A stretch of DNA of 62,249 bases, counting the filler, from Pirum gemmata (Eukaryota): the NCBI GenBank assembly GCA_002812295.1. It is 17 parts of 17 records of this genome, joined end to end, with 100 filler letters (N's around TTAATTAATTAA, not from the genome) between each part and the next. Parts side by side here need not be neighbours in the genome. Positions count along the whole stretch, not along the records: positions 22,676 to 27,057 come from PDIN01002606.1; positions 27,158 to 30,591 come from PDIN01002607.1; positions 30,692 to 34,092 come from PDIN01002608.1; positions 34,193 to 37,625 come from PDIN01002609.1; 13 more parts are not named here. One strand, 5' to 3'. Under the pieces are notes generated by a model. The model was not told the origin of the DNA and did not search any database. It was given only the letters and a program-made list of their open reading frames with translations. Position 1 is the stretch's first letter. Every line of letters begins with the position of its first letter. Shown here in pieces: positions 23,820 to 35,520 of this stretch. The position numbers were made by a program, and so were the translations under genes.

Positions 23820-24728
23820 TTAATAGTTGAATTTAAAGTCAATAATGTATCTATTCTTATAAAGAAAAAGAAGGTTACCTTGGTTAACGTCTATAGAGGA
23901 AAGTGATTTCAAATCTATTAGCTGCTGTTCAAGAAGAATAACATCAGCATATGTATTTGTATGTATATTTCCTTTAGCAAATGCCCTTTTTTTTTCTGTA
24001 GTTTCTATAGGTTCTATATGTTTCATATTTTGTATTCCTTCATGAATAGGATGAATCGGAATTGCATTTGTATTTTCATTAGTGCTTGCAAATCCCTTTT
24101 CGTGGTTTCCTGGTTTTTCTTTGTTTACAAAAACGTTTAAGTGTTTTGAAATTTCCTTTAGATGATGTTGCCTTGTTTCGTTTTCTTTGTTTTGGCTTTT
24201 TGTATTATGTATAATAAAATTTAAATATTCCGTGAAGTCTCTTTCTTGGAATTTTGGCTTTTTTGATTTTTCTTTTTCTGATTTTCGTTGTGGTTTTGTT
24301 TCACTTTCTTTGTTGTTGTTTTTTTTTTTACTTTTTTTATGATACTCCAAAGGAAATGTTTGTTGCTGTAAAGATTTGTTAAGTTGTTTGATTTTATTTT
24401 CTTTGTTACTTGGACTATTCGGTGTTTGCTGTCCTTCAATTTCATTTTCTTTTCTTTCGAAATTCAAATTGTTGACTTTTGTTATAAATTTTATATGATT
24501 TGAAAAAAAATCAGTTTGATTTTCTAGTTTTTGTTGGTTTGTTTTGATTTGTTTGATTTTACTTTTTGTGAAGTCAGAATTTTTTCTATTCTCCACAACA
24601 ACGGGATCTTTTGAATGATTATCAAGTAATTGTTGGTAAACTGTCGAATACCAAAGCTTGAAGTTAAAGCTCTTTTTTGATGAATTGTAAGCATTGAATG
24701 TTATGAAGGAGGTATAATACCCCGTCAT
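23820..24728 (-). CDS. Hypothetical K/N/E/Q-rich protein (302 aa), possibly derived from a repeat element
   Basis: Long ATG-initiated ORF in AT-rich DNA, but compositionally biased and with no domain I recognise. Confidence 0.35.
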   Translation of the reverse strand: MTGYYTSFITFNAYNSSKKSFNFKLWYSTVYQQLLDNHSKDPVVVENRKNSDFTKSKIKQIKTNQQKLENQTDFFSNHIKFITKVNNLNFERKENEIEGQQTPNSPSNKENKIKQLNKSLQQQTFPLEYHKKSKKKNNNKESETKPQRKSEKEKSKKPKFQERDFTEYLNFIIHNTKSQNKENETRQHHLKEISKHLNVFVNKEKPGNHEKGFASTNENTNAIPIHPIHEGIQNMKHIEPIETTEKKRAFAKGNIHTNTYADVILLEQQLIDLKSLSSIDVNQGNLLFLYKNRYIIDFKFNY

Positions 24729-25177
24729 TTTTTTTTTGTTAAGGTTTTACTATTTTGATAAAATTTTTAAAGTTTTTTAAGTCTATTTAATTAGTTCATT
24801 TTCGTTATCTGTTACATACAATTAATTTTGGTCTCGTGTTTTGGCCTCGTGTGTTGGTCTGTCTGTACTGATTTTGTTTGCTAACCCTAACCCTGTATGA
24901 TTGATTATATTTCTAATTTGTTGATTTGCTTCATTATATTTTGGTATAGGTTAATAATTTGAATGTCGTTTGGTTTTAACTTGTACTTTTCATAATAGTA
25001 CCATAATATATAGTCTATGATGATTAGCAAATGTGTTGTTCTTTTGTTGTAGAAGTATTGTTTTTTAAAACTTTTGTTCCAAATATTATATTATAAATAG
25101 TTGCAGTACTCATAACTGTTGTCGGATTAGTTTGTCGTTTGTTATCGATATATAAATAGTCTAGTTAGTGAATATGA

Positions 25178-25398
25178 AGTAGGGGTGAGATGACGTCATT
25201 TTATTATTACCGAACAGCTGCCGGAACTTTTCCGATTTTTATGGTTTTATTACTATTAATGCTAATAATATTACTTTAATTGGTATCTACTATAATTAGA
25301 TTTCCTATTTTAAGCTATATAACTGCTATTATTAGTAAGATAAGCATCTGTTTGAAAAAAGTTCCAGTAGATATCTCAGTGATAATCTCACCCCTACT
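25178..25398 (+). mobile_element. MITE family F, hAT-like, 221 bp with 8-bp TSD
   Basis: TIR AGTAGGGGTGAGAT / ATCTCACCCCTACT, flanked by the direct repeat GAATATGA at 25170-25177 and 25399-25406. Confidence 0.85.
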
Positions 25399-25498
25399 GA
25401 ATATGACTAGATGAATATGAATACTTTTGGATAGTCTAGTCTACTTTTTCGAAAAAAAAAAAATATAGACTAGCTAGGTCTATAGACTAGCTAGACTA

Positions 25499-25799
25499 GG
25501 GAGCGTTCAATAATTACGTAACGCCGATTTGGGGCAAAAACCTACCCTACTACCCCCCGTGTAACGGCCTATCACGTTTGAGAAGGACTACCTACCCCTT
25601 ATGACGTAACGATTTGGAAATAATAGTACCCTAAATTACCCCTCATGTTATATATCTATATATATAGGGCTATATATATATATTTTTTTGCGTTATGTCA
25701 TATTACGAAAACCTACCCCCCCTACTGCGTCACGGCCTGTCACAAAAATCCGACACCCCCTACCTACCCCCCAGCGTTACGTAATTATTGAACGCTCCC
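25499..25799. mobile_element. PIF/Harbinger-like MITE (family D2), 301 bp, perfect 26-bp TIR, 3-bp TSD CTA
   Basis: cta|GGGAGCGTTCAATAATTACGTAACGC ... GCGTTACGTAATTATTGAACGCTCCC|cta. Confidence 0.88.
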
Positions 25800-26383
25800 C
25801 TATCACTGATATGTGATAGTCTACTAGCCAGCTAGCTAGCTAGCTAGCTATGATAGGTCTACTACAGAGGTCTACTAGCTAGCTAGTGATAGAGGCTAGC
25901 TAGCTACTAGCTAGTATGATAGTCTGGCTAGCTACTAGCTAGACTAGCTAGCTAGTAGTAGACTACCAAGTAGAGCCTCGTGGGCATGTCAGAGGCTCAG
26001 AGCTGATGTCTTATAGTGTATATATGATAATACGTCAGGTCAAGGGGTAGGTAGGTAGGTGGTATTTGACGGAATATAAAACGTCGAGGGGTAGGTAGGT
26101 AGGGGTATTTGAAGCTGTATTTCCCTTGTCAGTTGGCTTGCCTTAGTTAGCTACTAGTCTACCCGTAGCTCTACTATCCTTCTTTTTATTTATTATGTAT
26201 GATACCATCTTAAAATTATGACATTGTATGTTCGGACATTTCAAACCTATTAAATACCTTTTAAACTACTTACGTTTGAAAACTGAAAATTCTGGTGAAA
26301 CCCAAAAGTCGGACGTTTTTTCAATTTTCACCATTATTAGCTTTACGCTAGCTAGATAATATATATCATATTAGAGTCTGTAC

Positions 26384-26573
26384 TATCGTGCTTTTCAGTT
26401 GTTTTGTCATCATAAAATATACAATAAAGAGTACCAAATTAATACAATATTAGTCCATTTTATTTAATTTGGTATATTTTATTATTTATTTTTTCATTTT
26501 AATAATGTCAATTTAAATATTATAACCAACCAAATAAATATTCAGAGTGACAAAATAAATGAAAAGCACAGTA
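26384..26573 (+). mobile_element. MITE family B, full length (about 190 bp)
   Basis: TIR TATCGTGCTTTTCAGTTGTTTTGTCA / TGACAAAATAAATGAAAAGCAC. At least 14 copies or fragments occur in the window. Confidence 0.85.
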
Positions 26574-27229
26574 CTCTTTTTATTATTATTTTATAATAAA
26601 TGTATTGTATCGATATGAACATAAACTAGAAAAAAAAAAAAAAAATCGAAGTTCTGATCTAATGACGTTACACTTAGCATATTCAGAGTGACAATTTAAA
26701 AATGAAAAGCACTATACCCTAAGTCTTATCATAACCACTTTCCTCCTTTGAGCGATCAGGTCGTCGTAAAGGTTTGTGAGACTTTTAAAAAAAAACTCGA
26801 AAACGATATATACTTGCTCAAGAGTGTTTGGCGTGCTCGATTGAAGTTTTCAGCATTACTCCACAATATACTCCCTTATTTATATTAGTATAAGCTGTAA
26901 AATAGAAACGATACAGGGGAATAAATATCCTACAATATAATAAAATAATTTTTAATGATAATAATAATTTTTTAAAAAAAATTTTGCAAGTTATCGATAG
27001 TATCCGAGATTCGATACAACCAAGAGTCAACCAAGGACTCCAATCACGAGGCCAGATNNNNNNNNNNNNNNNNNNNNNNNNNNNNNNNNNNNNNNNNNNN
27101 NTTAATTAATTAANNNNNNNNNNNNNNNNNNNNNNNNNNNNNNNNNNNNNNNNNNNNACCATATATGGTAAAACATGTTTCAAGATTCTTTTTTTGGTTA
27201 TAATGTTTACATAAATAGATATATATATA

Positions 27230-28645
27230 TAGTTGTTTGGTCATCATGAAATATACAATAAATAGTACCAAATAAATACAATATAAATCCATTTGCTATA
27301 TTTTGGTATATTATTTATTATATGTATTGATTTAAAAAAGTCAATTTAAATATTATAACCCTCCAAATAAATATTAATCTTTAAGAGTGACAAAATAAAT
27401 GAAAAGAACGAAACTTTAGCTGCTTGTTTATCTAGCTTATTTATAGACATAATGTAAGTGTTCGAGTATCATATGATAGTAGAAAAAAAATAAGTAATTA
27501 ATATAATATAGCTGGTGATATTATCTGACAATATTCCGATACTATTAGGTAAACTATTAGGTAATTAATATAGCTGGTGATACTATCCGAGGAGAATATA
27601 TTGATATATGATAAATAAACAATATTAATGTTATTATCACCAACGCCTTCGGCGTCGGCGTCTTCGGAGTATGTCGGGTCGGCCTTCGGCCTCCAATTCG
27701 CTGCATACCCATAAAAACTCTATTTATATACTTATTAGTAAAGTGCTTTTCAGTTATTTTGTCATCATAAAATATATAATAAACAGTACCAAATTAATAT
27801 AATATAAATCCATTTAATTCAATTTGGTATATTTTATTATCTATATATTTATTTAAAAGTGTCAATTTAAATATTATAACCCACCAAATAAATATTTAGA
27901 GTGACAAAATAAATGAAAAGCTCGGGAGAGTTTCAAAAAAAAAAAGGAGCGTATAGACTAGCTAGCTAGGTACGTATAAAGGCCTTTATTATAAGTTATA
28001 GTGCTTTTCAGTTATTTTGTCATCATAAAAATATACAATAGATAGTACCAAATTAATATGATATAAATCCATTTAATTTAATTTGCTACACTTTATTATA
28101 TTTGTATTGATTTAAAAATGTCAATTTAAATATTATAACCCTCCAAATAAATATTCAGAGTGACAAAAAAAATGAAAAGCACNNNNNNNNNNNNNNNNNN
28201 NNNNNNNNNNNNNNNNNNNNNNNNNNNNNNNNNNNNNNNNNNNNNNNNNNNNNNNNNNNNNNNNNNNNNNNNNNNNNNNNNNNNNNNNNNNNNNNNNNAT
28301 TTGGTATATTTTGTTATCTGTATATTGATTTAAAATTGTCAATTTAAAGATTATAACCCTCCAAATAAATATTCGGAGTGACAAAATAAATGAAATGCAC
28401 GATATAGACTATAACAGAGCTTTTTTAAAACAGTGTATAACCACTAGCTAGGTCTATAACCTATAGTGCTTTTCAATTGCTTTGTCATTATAAATTATAC
28501 AATAAATAGTACCAAATTAAAACAATATAAATCCATTTAATTTAATTAGGTATATTTTATTATCTATTTATTCATTTAAAAATGGCAATTTAAATATTAT
28601 AACCAACCAAATAAATATTCAGATTGACAAAATAAATGAAAAGCA
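27230..28645 (+). mobile_element. Cluster of five same-orientation family B MITE copies or fragments
   Basis: Copies at about 27230-27410, 27743-27923, 28001-28182, 28299-28404 and 28462-28645. Confidence 0.82.
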
Positions 28646-28777
28646 GTGAAAAGCACTATTATATATTTTTTTTAAAAGGCCACCCTAAAAGGCCACTATC
28701 TCATTATATATGGATGTCATTGGCTGGTCTTGTGAACATTTTGTTAAACAAGCCAATAGTAATTAAGTCTGGGGTCC

Positions 28778-28980
28778 AGATTCTGCTCAAACCCGAAAAC
28801 TCGAATTTCTGCTGTCAAAAAAAGCCAAAATTCAGTTCCGTTCGAAAAATAGTTTTTTCGTGTTTTTCGGGTTTATTAATAAATAAATATATTTGAATAC
28901 TTAATTTTAAATTTGAACATTTCGAACTTATTAATTAATATATAGACTCGATTTTTAAACAGAGCAGAATTGGAAGAAGC
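28778..28980 (+). mobile_element. MITE family E copy
   Basis: attctgctcaaacccgaaaactcgaatttctgc...gagcagaattggaagaagc, colinear with 54089-54288. Confidence 0.72.
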
Positions 28981-29194
28981 TACCAGATATAGCAAATTTT
29001 TATAAATATATTTTTTTTTAAAAAATATATAATTATAACTATATTCAGTATATTTTTTAATTAAAAAGGTAACTTAATAATATTTTAAACCAAATTTAGT
29101 AACAAGTATTTATTACTAAATTAAGGCATTTTTCCAATTAAGCCAATCATGAATCATAATGGCAATTTCGAAAATGAGTTTTTTTTTTTTTTCA

Positions 29195-29421
29195 ATAGTC
29201 AAGCTGGATGAAACAGTAGGAAATTTTTTTAGACTTCTTTTGTAAATACTTAATTATAACTAGCCAAATTATTTTTAAAAACTAGCTATTGATTCATAAT
29301 AGAGTTTTTTAGTTAAAATATGTTTAAAAATTTGGTAGTACTTTTTATTTTATTGTATCATTTTGAGATTTTTTATATCTTGAGTTTATAACGGGTGTCA
29401 CCATTTTATCCGGCTTGGTAG
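29195..29421 (-). mobile_element. MITE family A, reverse orientation
   Basis: Ends TTTTATCCGGCTTGGTAG|ttaa; the other end reads TAGTCAAGCTGGATGAAA. Confidence 0.75.
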
Positions 29422-30694
29422 TTAAAAAAAAAAAAAACTTTTTTTACCTTGTTATACAAGTTTTTTTTTATCTATTACGATACTATTACGATACCAAATT
29501 CTGTGAATTTCTGTGTGTTAATTAAAATTCTGTCTGACTTTTAATAGGGTAGAATTTTTGCTTTAATTTTAATTTTAAAATGAAAAAGTAAAACAATTTT
29601 TTAACCTCCAGCGCCATTTTTTTTTTTTTTTTTTTATGAATGTTTGAACTGATCGAATAACAGTGATATGGGTAGAATTCGGTACTGGGAATACGAATAT
29701 GTATAAATAGAGCAGAATGCGAAGAGGCCAAAATCGTAGCTAACAGACCAATTGAAATCCATCTTCGTCAAAAAGCAAAAAAAAAATTTTAAAAAAGTAA
29801 AAATCTGTTTAGTTTGTACATGTTTAGTCGCTTAGAATTTTGGTCGACCAGCACTTTGGAAGTTTGGAAGACCGTTGATTGAGTAAGAGCACTAACTTTT
29901 TTATTAATTAGACGTCTGCTTCTACTTTTATACTAATTGTGTAAATCTAGGCTAATATATATTACAGATATATATTATTATATATATGGAGTCGACATCA
30001 AAATAAGAATAACTGGAATATTCATTGGTGGGATAGTATTAATATTATGATTGATATTAGCTATATATATAATTATATCAGTAATTATTGGCCAATTATA
30101 CATCATATGATGTATAACAGTGATAGTATAAACATTAGTAATGTACGGATTTACGTATAGGTAGTAGTGGTAGTAACAGTTTGTCCTCGACGTCATGATT
30201 ATATCAAATATATATACAATAAAGATTAAAGGTTATTTATTATATTACTTACCAAATAAATATTCAGAGCGACAAAACAAATGAAAAGCACAATGTCATG
30301 TACAATAGTGTTATTAGTTTATATATTAGTGATACCTGGTGTACGTAGTATTAGTAAAGAGACGAATGTCGACGTCAATAGTATAATTTATGTAGCAATA
30401 TTTTAATAATAATGGTGGAGATGGTGACGTTAAAGATATAATAAAAATAAAATATTAATAATAATAATAGTAATAGTAATAGTAATAATATTAATAATAA
30501 TAATAATGAAAATAATAATAATAATAATAATATAATATTAATAATAATAATAATAATAGTACACTACGTAGTAGTAGTAGTAGTAGTAGTANNNNNNNNN
30601 NNNNNNNNNNNNNNNNNNNNNNNNNNNNNNNNNNNTTAATTAATTAANNNNNNNNNNNNNNNNNNNNNNNNNNNNNNNNNNNNNNNNNNNNGTC

Positions 30695-31288
30695 ATGAGT
30701 GGTGTGCAGAATAATTTGAACCCAGAAAGAAAGCTGAGTGGGACCGTAGAACGTAAATTGAAACATTATTGTAAAGTCAAAATGGATTTTGACCGCGAAA
30801 TTGAGGAAGTAGACATTGACAAAGTATGTTTCTATGGTATTACAACTGGATATAGTGGTCACTCCAAAAAAAGACAAAAAAAGAAAAACTCTAGTGCTGT
30901 TAATAGTCAAAATACAAATGTGGAAGAAAACAATAGCAATTCAGAAAGTGAGGGTAATGACAGTGAAGAAAGCAATGAAATTTAAAATGACAATGGTGGC
31001 TTTATAAATGCTGATATTGATGATAATAGTGGTATTGATACAGAGAGTAGTGATATTCCTGACTCTTCTGGAAGTGATTGCGACTATTTTTTTGAACATT
31101 TTTCCCCTGTTCACTTTATCAACGAGGTTGTTCTTCCTTGTACAAACACAGAAGGTAAGGAGTATGATCTTAAATTCAAACCTGTAAGTTTAGGTGAGTT
31201 CCATCGCTGGATTGGGTTATGGTGTATGATGTTGGTTGTCAGAAGACCTGAACGTGGGTGTTATTGGAGCTCTATTAAGTCTAGTTAA
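30695..31288 (+). pseudogene. piggyBac-type (DDE_Tnp_1_7) transposase N-terminal fragment with an in-frame stop, truncated
   Basis: The frame continues past the TAA at 30983 through an acidic tract into DYFFEHFSPVHFINEVVLPCTNTEGKEYDLKFKPVSLGEFHRWIGLWCMMLVVRRPERGCYWSS. This matches the F..F....I...TN....P....E...(F/W)IGL...M.......YWS start of PGBD transposases. Confidence 0.78.
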
Positions 31289-31513
31289 TTATTGTATACA
31301 TTATTATTAATTATTATAATAAATAAATTTTTAAATTATAATTTATAATAATAATTTTAAATTGTTATTATTGTTATTATTATATTATTAAAATTATTTA
31401 CAAATTATTATATATTGTTTCAGTATTTTTTTATTTATTTATTTATTAATATTATTAAAAAATAATTAATTAGAAATATATTTTAATTAACAAAGTAAAT
31501 TACAAGATTTTAA

Positions 31514-32158
31514 TTAAAAGAAAGTAGCAGTAAATGATGCAACAAGAACAAAGGCACTAACTGCTAAGCCACTTGCACTACCAGTAGATGAAAAACTACC
31601 TGCTGGCTGATCCCTACTTCCTACAACAGTCTGCGTAACCTTAACATAAACAGTAGTGGTAACAACACCACCGACACATTCACCTTCTGTGGGCGGTGTT
31701 GGGGCTGTTGGTTTTGTTCCGTCATCTTCAGGTAAAGGAAGGGTATTATCCCAATCGATTGCAACTGGTGTAGTAGGCTTTTCTTCTTTTGGAGCTTCTT
31801 TTGGAGCATCTTTAATGGAAGGGTTATACAAACCTGTTGTTCTTTCCACATCTGGATTGGTATCCTTGTTCCATTTACACAGAGGATCACCTAACTCTTC
31901 ACCATTAGTCATTCCATCATTATCACTATCCTTGTTACATAAATCTTTAGTCCATATAAATGCTTCTGCAGCAAAATCTTTTCCAAACTGTGACATGCCA
32001 CCTGGTGAATCAGCATTATTTTCATGTCCAAGTCTTGGTTTGTCAAACTTTAAAATGTTTTCACCATTGGGTAAGTTACTAGCGTAGCCACCACGACCTT
32101 CAATACCAGTAATACACAAAGCCGCTAAAGTAAAGATAACATTGGTAACTTGACTCAT
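31514..32158 (-). CDS. Temptin-domain cell-surface protein with signal peptide, P/T-rich stalk and probable GPI-anchor signal
   Basis: LPNG...LGH...GG.SQFGKDF......WTKDLCNKDSDNDGMTNGEELGDPLCKW is the temptin Cys/Cys domain signature. The N-terminus is hydrophobic, and the C-terminus has an S/G-rich omega-like region followed by a hydrophobic tail. Confidence 0.85.
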   Translation of the reverse strand: MSQVTNVIFTLAALCITGIEGRGGYASNLPNGENILKFDKPRLGHENNADSPGGMSQFGKDFAAEAFIWTKDLCNKDSDNDGMTNGEELGDPLCKWNKDTNPDVERTTGLYNPSIKDAPKEAPKEEKPTTPVAIDWDNTLPLPEDDGTKPTAPTPPTEGECVGGVVTTTVYVKVTQTVVGSRDQPAGSFSSTGSASGLAVSAFVLVASFTATFF

Positions 32159-33794
32159 TTTTATTTTATTTTATTTTTCTTTTCTTTTTTTGTTTTTTTC
32201 GGAATACAATATAATTCTCACACAGTAAGATTATATTAGTTTACTTAAGAATTTAAAATTTTATTTGGTATTATTATTAATATTATTATTTATTATTTTT
32301 GTTTATTTTTTTGCTTTTTTTTTTTTGTTTTTTTGTTTTATTATTAAATATTTTTTGTTTTTAGTTTTCTACTGTTATATATGTTTTTGTAGCTCTTTTA
32401 TTGCTTGAGATTCTTTTTATTGTGCACAAAAAGCACAAAAGGTAGAATGTATTATAAGATATATATATCTGCTAAAAACTACCAAAATTTTTAATGTGTG
32501 AAATAAAAATGTAGCATTATTATCATTATTTAAAAAATATTACTATTATTAGATCATAATATAATATTATATGAATTACTATTATTGCTATTACTATTTA
32601 ACTGTGTCTTAATCCTTGCTATTTATGTAATACTATTAATTACTATTATTGTTATTGCTATATTACTATTGCTATTAATCCTTACTATTTATGTAATATT
32701 ATTAATTATAATTATGATTTTATAAATAATTGTTTTTTAAAAAACTATGATACAATAAATACTATGACACTGTATGATAATAATAGGTGTCTAATAGTAA
32801 TAATGTTGGTAATTTCTTGCACGAAAGATAACTGAAAAATGTTTTCGTAGTCTATTGGAGGAATAATAATAATAATAGTTAGGTAAAAAGACTGTAAAAA
32901 AGTTGTAAAAAGCAGCCAAAACTACAAAGGTATTTTTTTCATATTGAAAAACAATATTTCAAGCCTAAAAAAAAATATTGACATTTCGAACAATCTTTTA
33001 CTATAAAATATCTCCTTTTTTGGGTAGTGTACACTTTTGTTTTGAATAATAATAATTTTCGAAAAAAAAATTTGATTTTTTTTAGTTTTCAATTTTCTTT
33101 TTATTTTTTTTTATTTTTTTGCTTTCAGGCATCTGGTTGGTAATCACATATACTTTATCTTGGACCAATAAAAATCCGTAATTTATCATATCTCAACTTC
33201 TCAAGAACGTTCCAAGCCTCTCTACAACCAACTCAAGATCCAATTCGATCAGCCCTGAGTTGCCATTAACCAACCCTGTTAGACTACCCTAAACTAATAA
33301 AAACCTATTTTTCCAACCCCATTTTTTTTAATAAAACCTAGATTTTTTAACCCTAACTAAACACAAATTTATAATAGACTAACTATAGCTCTACAGCCTA
33401 CACCCATTATCCTAACCCTAACCCTAACCCTAAACCCTAACTGTTTTCTTTCACTAGTATATTAATATTGTTGTTTTGTTACAATTAGGGTTTTAAAACA
33501 CTGCTGTTATGATACGCCCTAACAGTCCTTGACCCTAACCCTAACCCCAACCTTTACCATAACCCTAACCTTAGCCTTTACGCCTTACTATTAACTTTAA
33601 CCTTTACTCTAATCCTAACCCTAATGAGGCGAAAGGGTAAATAATGTTCTTGTTTCAAAATGGGTATACGTATAAGCAGTAATAATTATGAAATTAATTT
33701 TACATAAAACAACAACAATAATAATAATAATAACAACAACGTTAACACAACTACAGCGTTAACTATATTCAAATTCAAAAATAAACCTATAACG

Positions 33795-34092
33795 CGCACA
33801 CACGTATATACCCCCACAACACCCACATATACACACACTTACACACCCACATACACACATCCACACACCCACACACCCACACACAACAACAGTCAACACC
33901 AACAATAACAATAGCAACGACAAGCAACAATACAGACTACCCTAACCCTAACCCCAACCCTAACCCTAACCCCCACAATACCCACATATCCACACACTTA
34001 CACATCCACACATCCACACACCCACACACCCACACCCACACACACCCACACACCCACATACCCACACACCCACACACCCACACACCCACACA
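33795..34092. repeat. CA-rich (CACACCCA)n tract interrupted by CCCTAA units
   Basis: Read directly from the sequence. Confidence 0.8.
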
Positions 34093-34216
34093 NNNNNNNN
34101 NNNNNNNNNNNNNNNNNNNNNNNNNNNNNNNNNNNNTTAATTAATTAANNNNNNNNNNNNNNNNNNNNNNNNNNNNNNNNNNNNNNNNNNNNTTGTTATT
34201 ATTATTATTATTATGA

Positions 34217-34252
<36 letters not shown>

Positions 34253-34609
34253 ATAATTATTGCTGAAAAGGTTGTTTTCAGGAATTATATGTTCCTGTTT
34301 TTAGTGGAACCGAGGGAGTTTTTTTTTTTTACTGCGAGGGTATGATTACGCGCAACATTTATAAAATTTTCATTAAAGTGTGGATACTTGAATGAATTAA
34401 GTAACATTAATTGTGGTTTGTGATTCTGTTTAATTAATTCCGACATACTTATGGTGTGCAGGAACGTAATATTTGGAAGATTTTAGGAGGGTTATGGGAT
34501 TTAGGGTAATGTCCGAAGAGTAGGAAAGCATAGCCGATATTTCCAAGTTAGGTGAAGGCTACTAGCAGGAAGAAATATAAATGATACACTTTATTTTATT
34601 GAAACCCAA

Positions 34610-35520
34610 CTTTTTTACGATGCCATCAATAACCTCAACAGTATATTATTGAATACTGACACTATACTGACATGGAAAAAGCTTTTGTCGGAGCAAAATG
34701 GTCCTTATTATATAATATTCTAGAATCTTCTGGATTCTCAGAAGAATTTATAATAGTAATCGAAAACATAAATATGAAAACTCCATAGTACACATCAAAA
34801 TTAATGGCTTCTATTCAACACCTATAACAACAACAAGAAGTATACGGCAAGGATGTCCAATGTCAACATAATATCTTTTTGTTATTTATATATAGAACTT
34901 TTAAGAGTTATAATCCAACTAGTTACAGAAAAATACCCCCCCCCCCCTGCATTATGCAGATGATATAAACATCTTCGGCAACAATGAAATAGTCATTTTA
35001 ACAGTAATCAACACAAGAACAAGTTTTGGCGAAAACGTTGGGCTACAAACTATAAACAAAGATAAAACAAAAATAATGTACTTCCAAAAAATATCAACTC
35101 TATTCCAAGAAAACTGCATTCTATAAAGAATAACCAAAAAATATAAAACTTAGAAACAATGGAAAACCTAGCTAGGGGTGTTCATAGGAGACTCCCCAAC
35201 AAGTCAAGAAGAAAACTATAAAACACTAGAAAGAAAAATAATGAATGTAATAGAAACAACATAAAAATCGAATGATTTATCCTTTAAGATTAGAAAGAAT
35301 AACACTTTAATGATAGCAAAATCTCAATACTCCATGGCTAACACCTTCATACCAGATAAGTTACTTCAACCTTTACAACAAAAAATCACATTTTTTTTTT
35401 ACCAATAACCAATTTACACAAGGCAATATCAAAGCACCCAAAAAAAAAAGGAGGTATCAAGTAGGTATCAACATGATTAATCTCATTTATATCAAGGAAA
35501 AATGCCAAACTTAATTAATA
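34610..35520 (+). pseudogene. Degenerate non-LTR retrotransposon (L1/Tx1-like) reverse transcriptase
   Basis: RT motifs appear in order across frameshifts: DMEKAF (34668), SGFSEEFI, IKING, TRSIRQGCPMS (about 34835-34866), LHYADDINIF (34947), INKDKTKIM, LGV and KKGG. Confidence 0.85.

Noticed and set aside
31621..32087. Overlapping or antisense ORFs on the temptin, LRR (37822-38265), receptor (7887, 8192) and 21254 loci
   Set aside because: They are shadow frames of well-supported genes and carry no motifs of their own.
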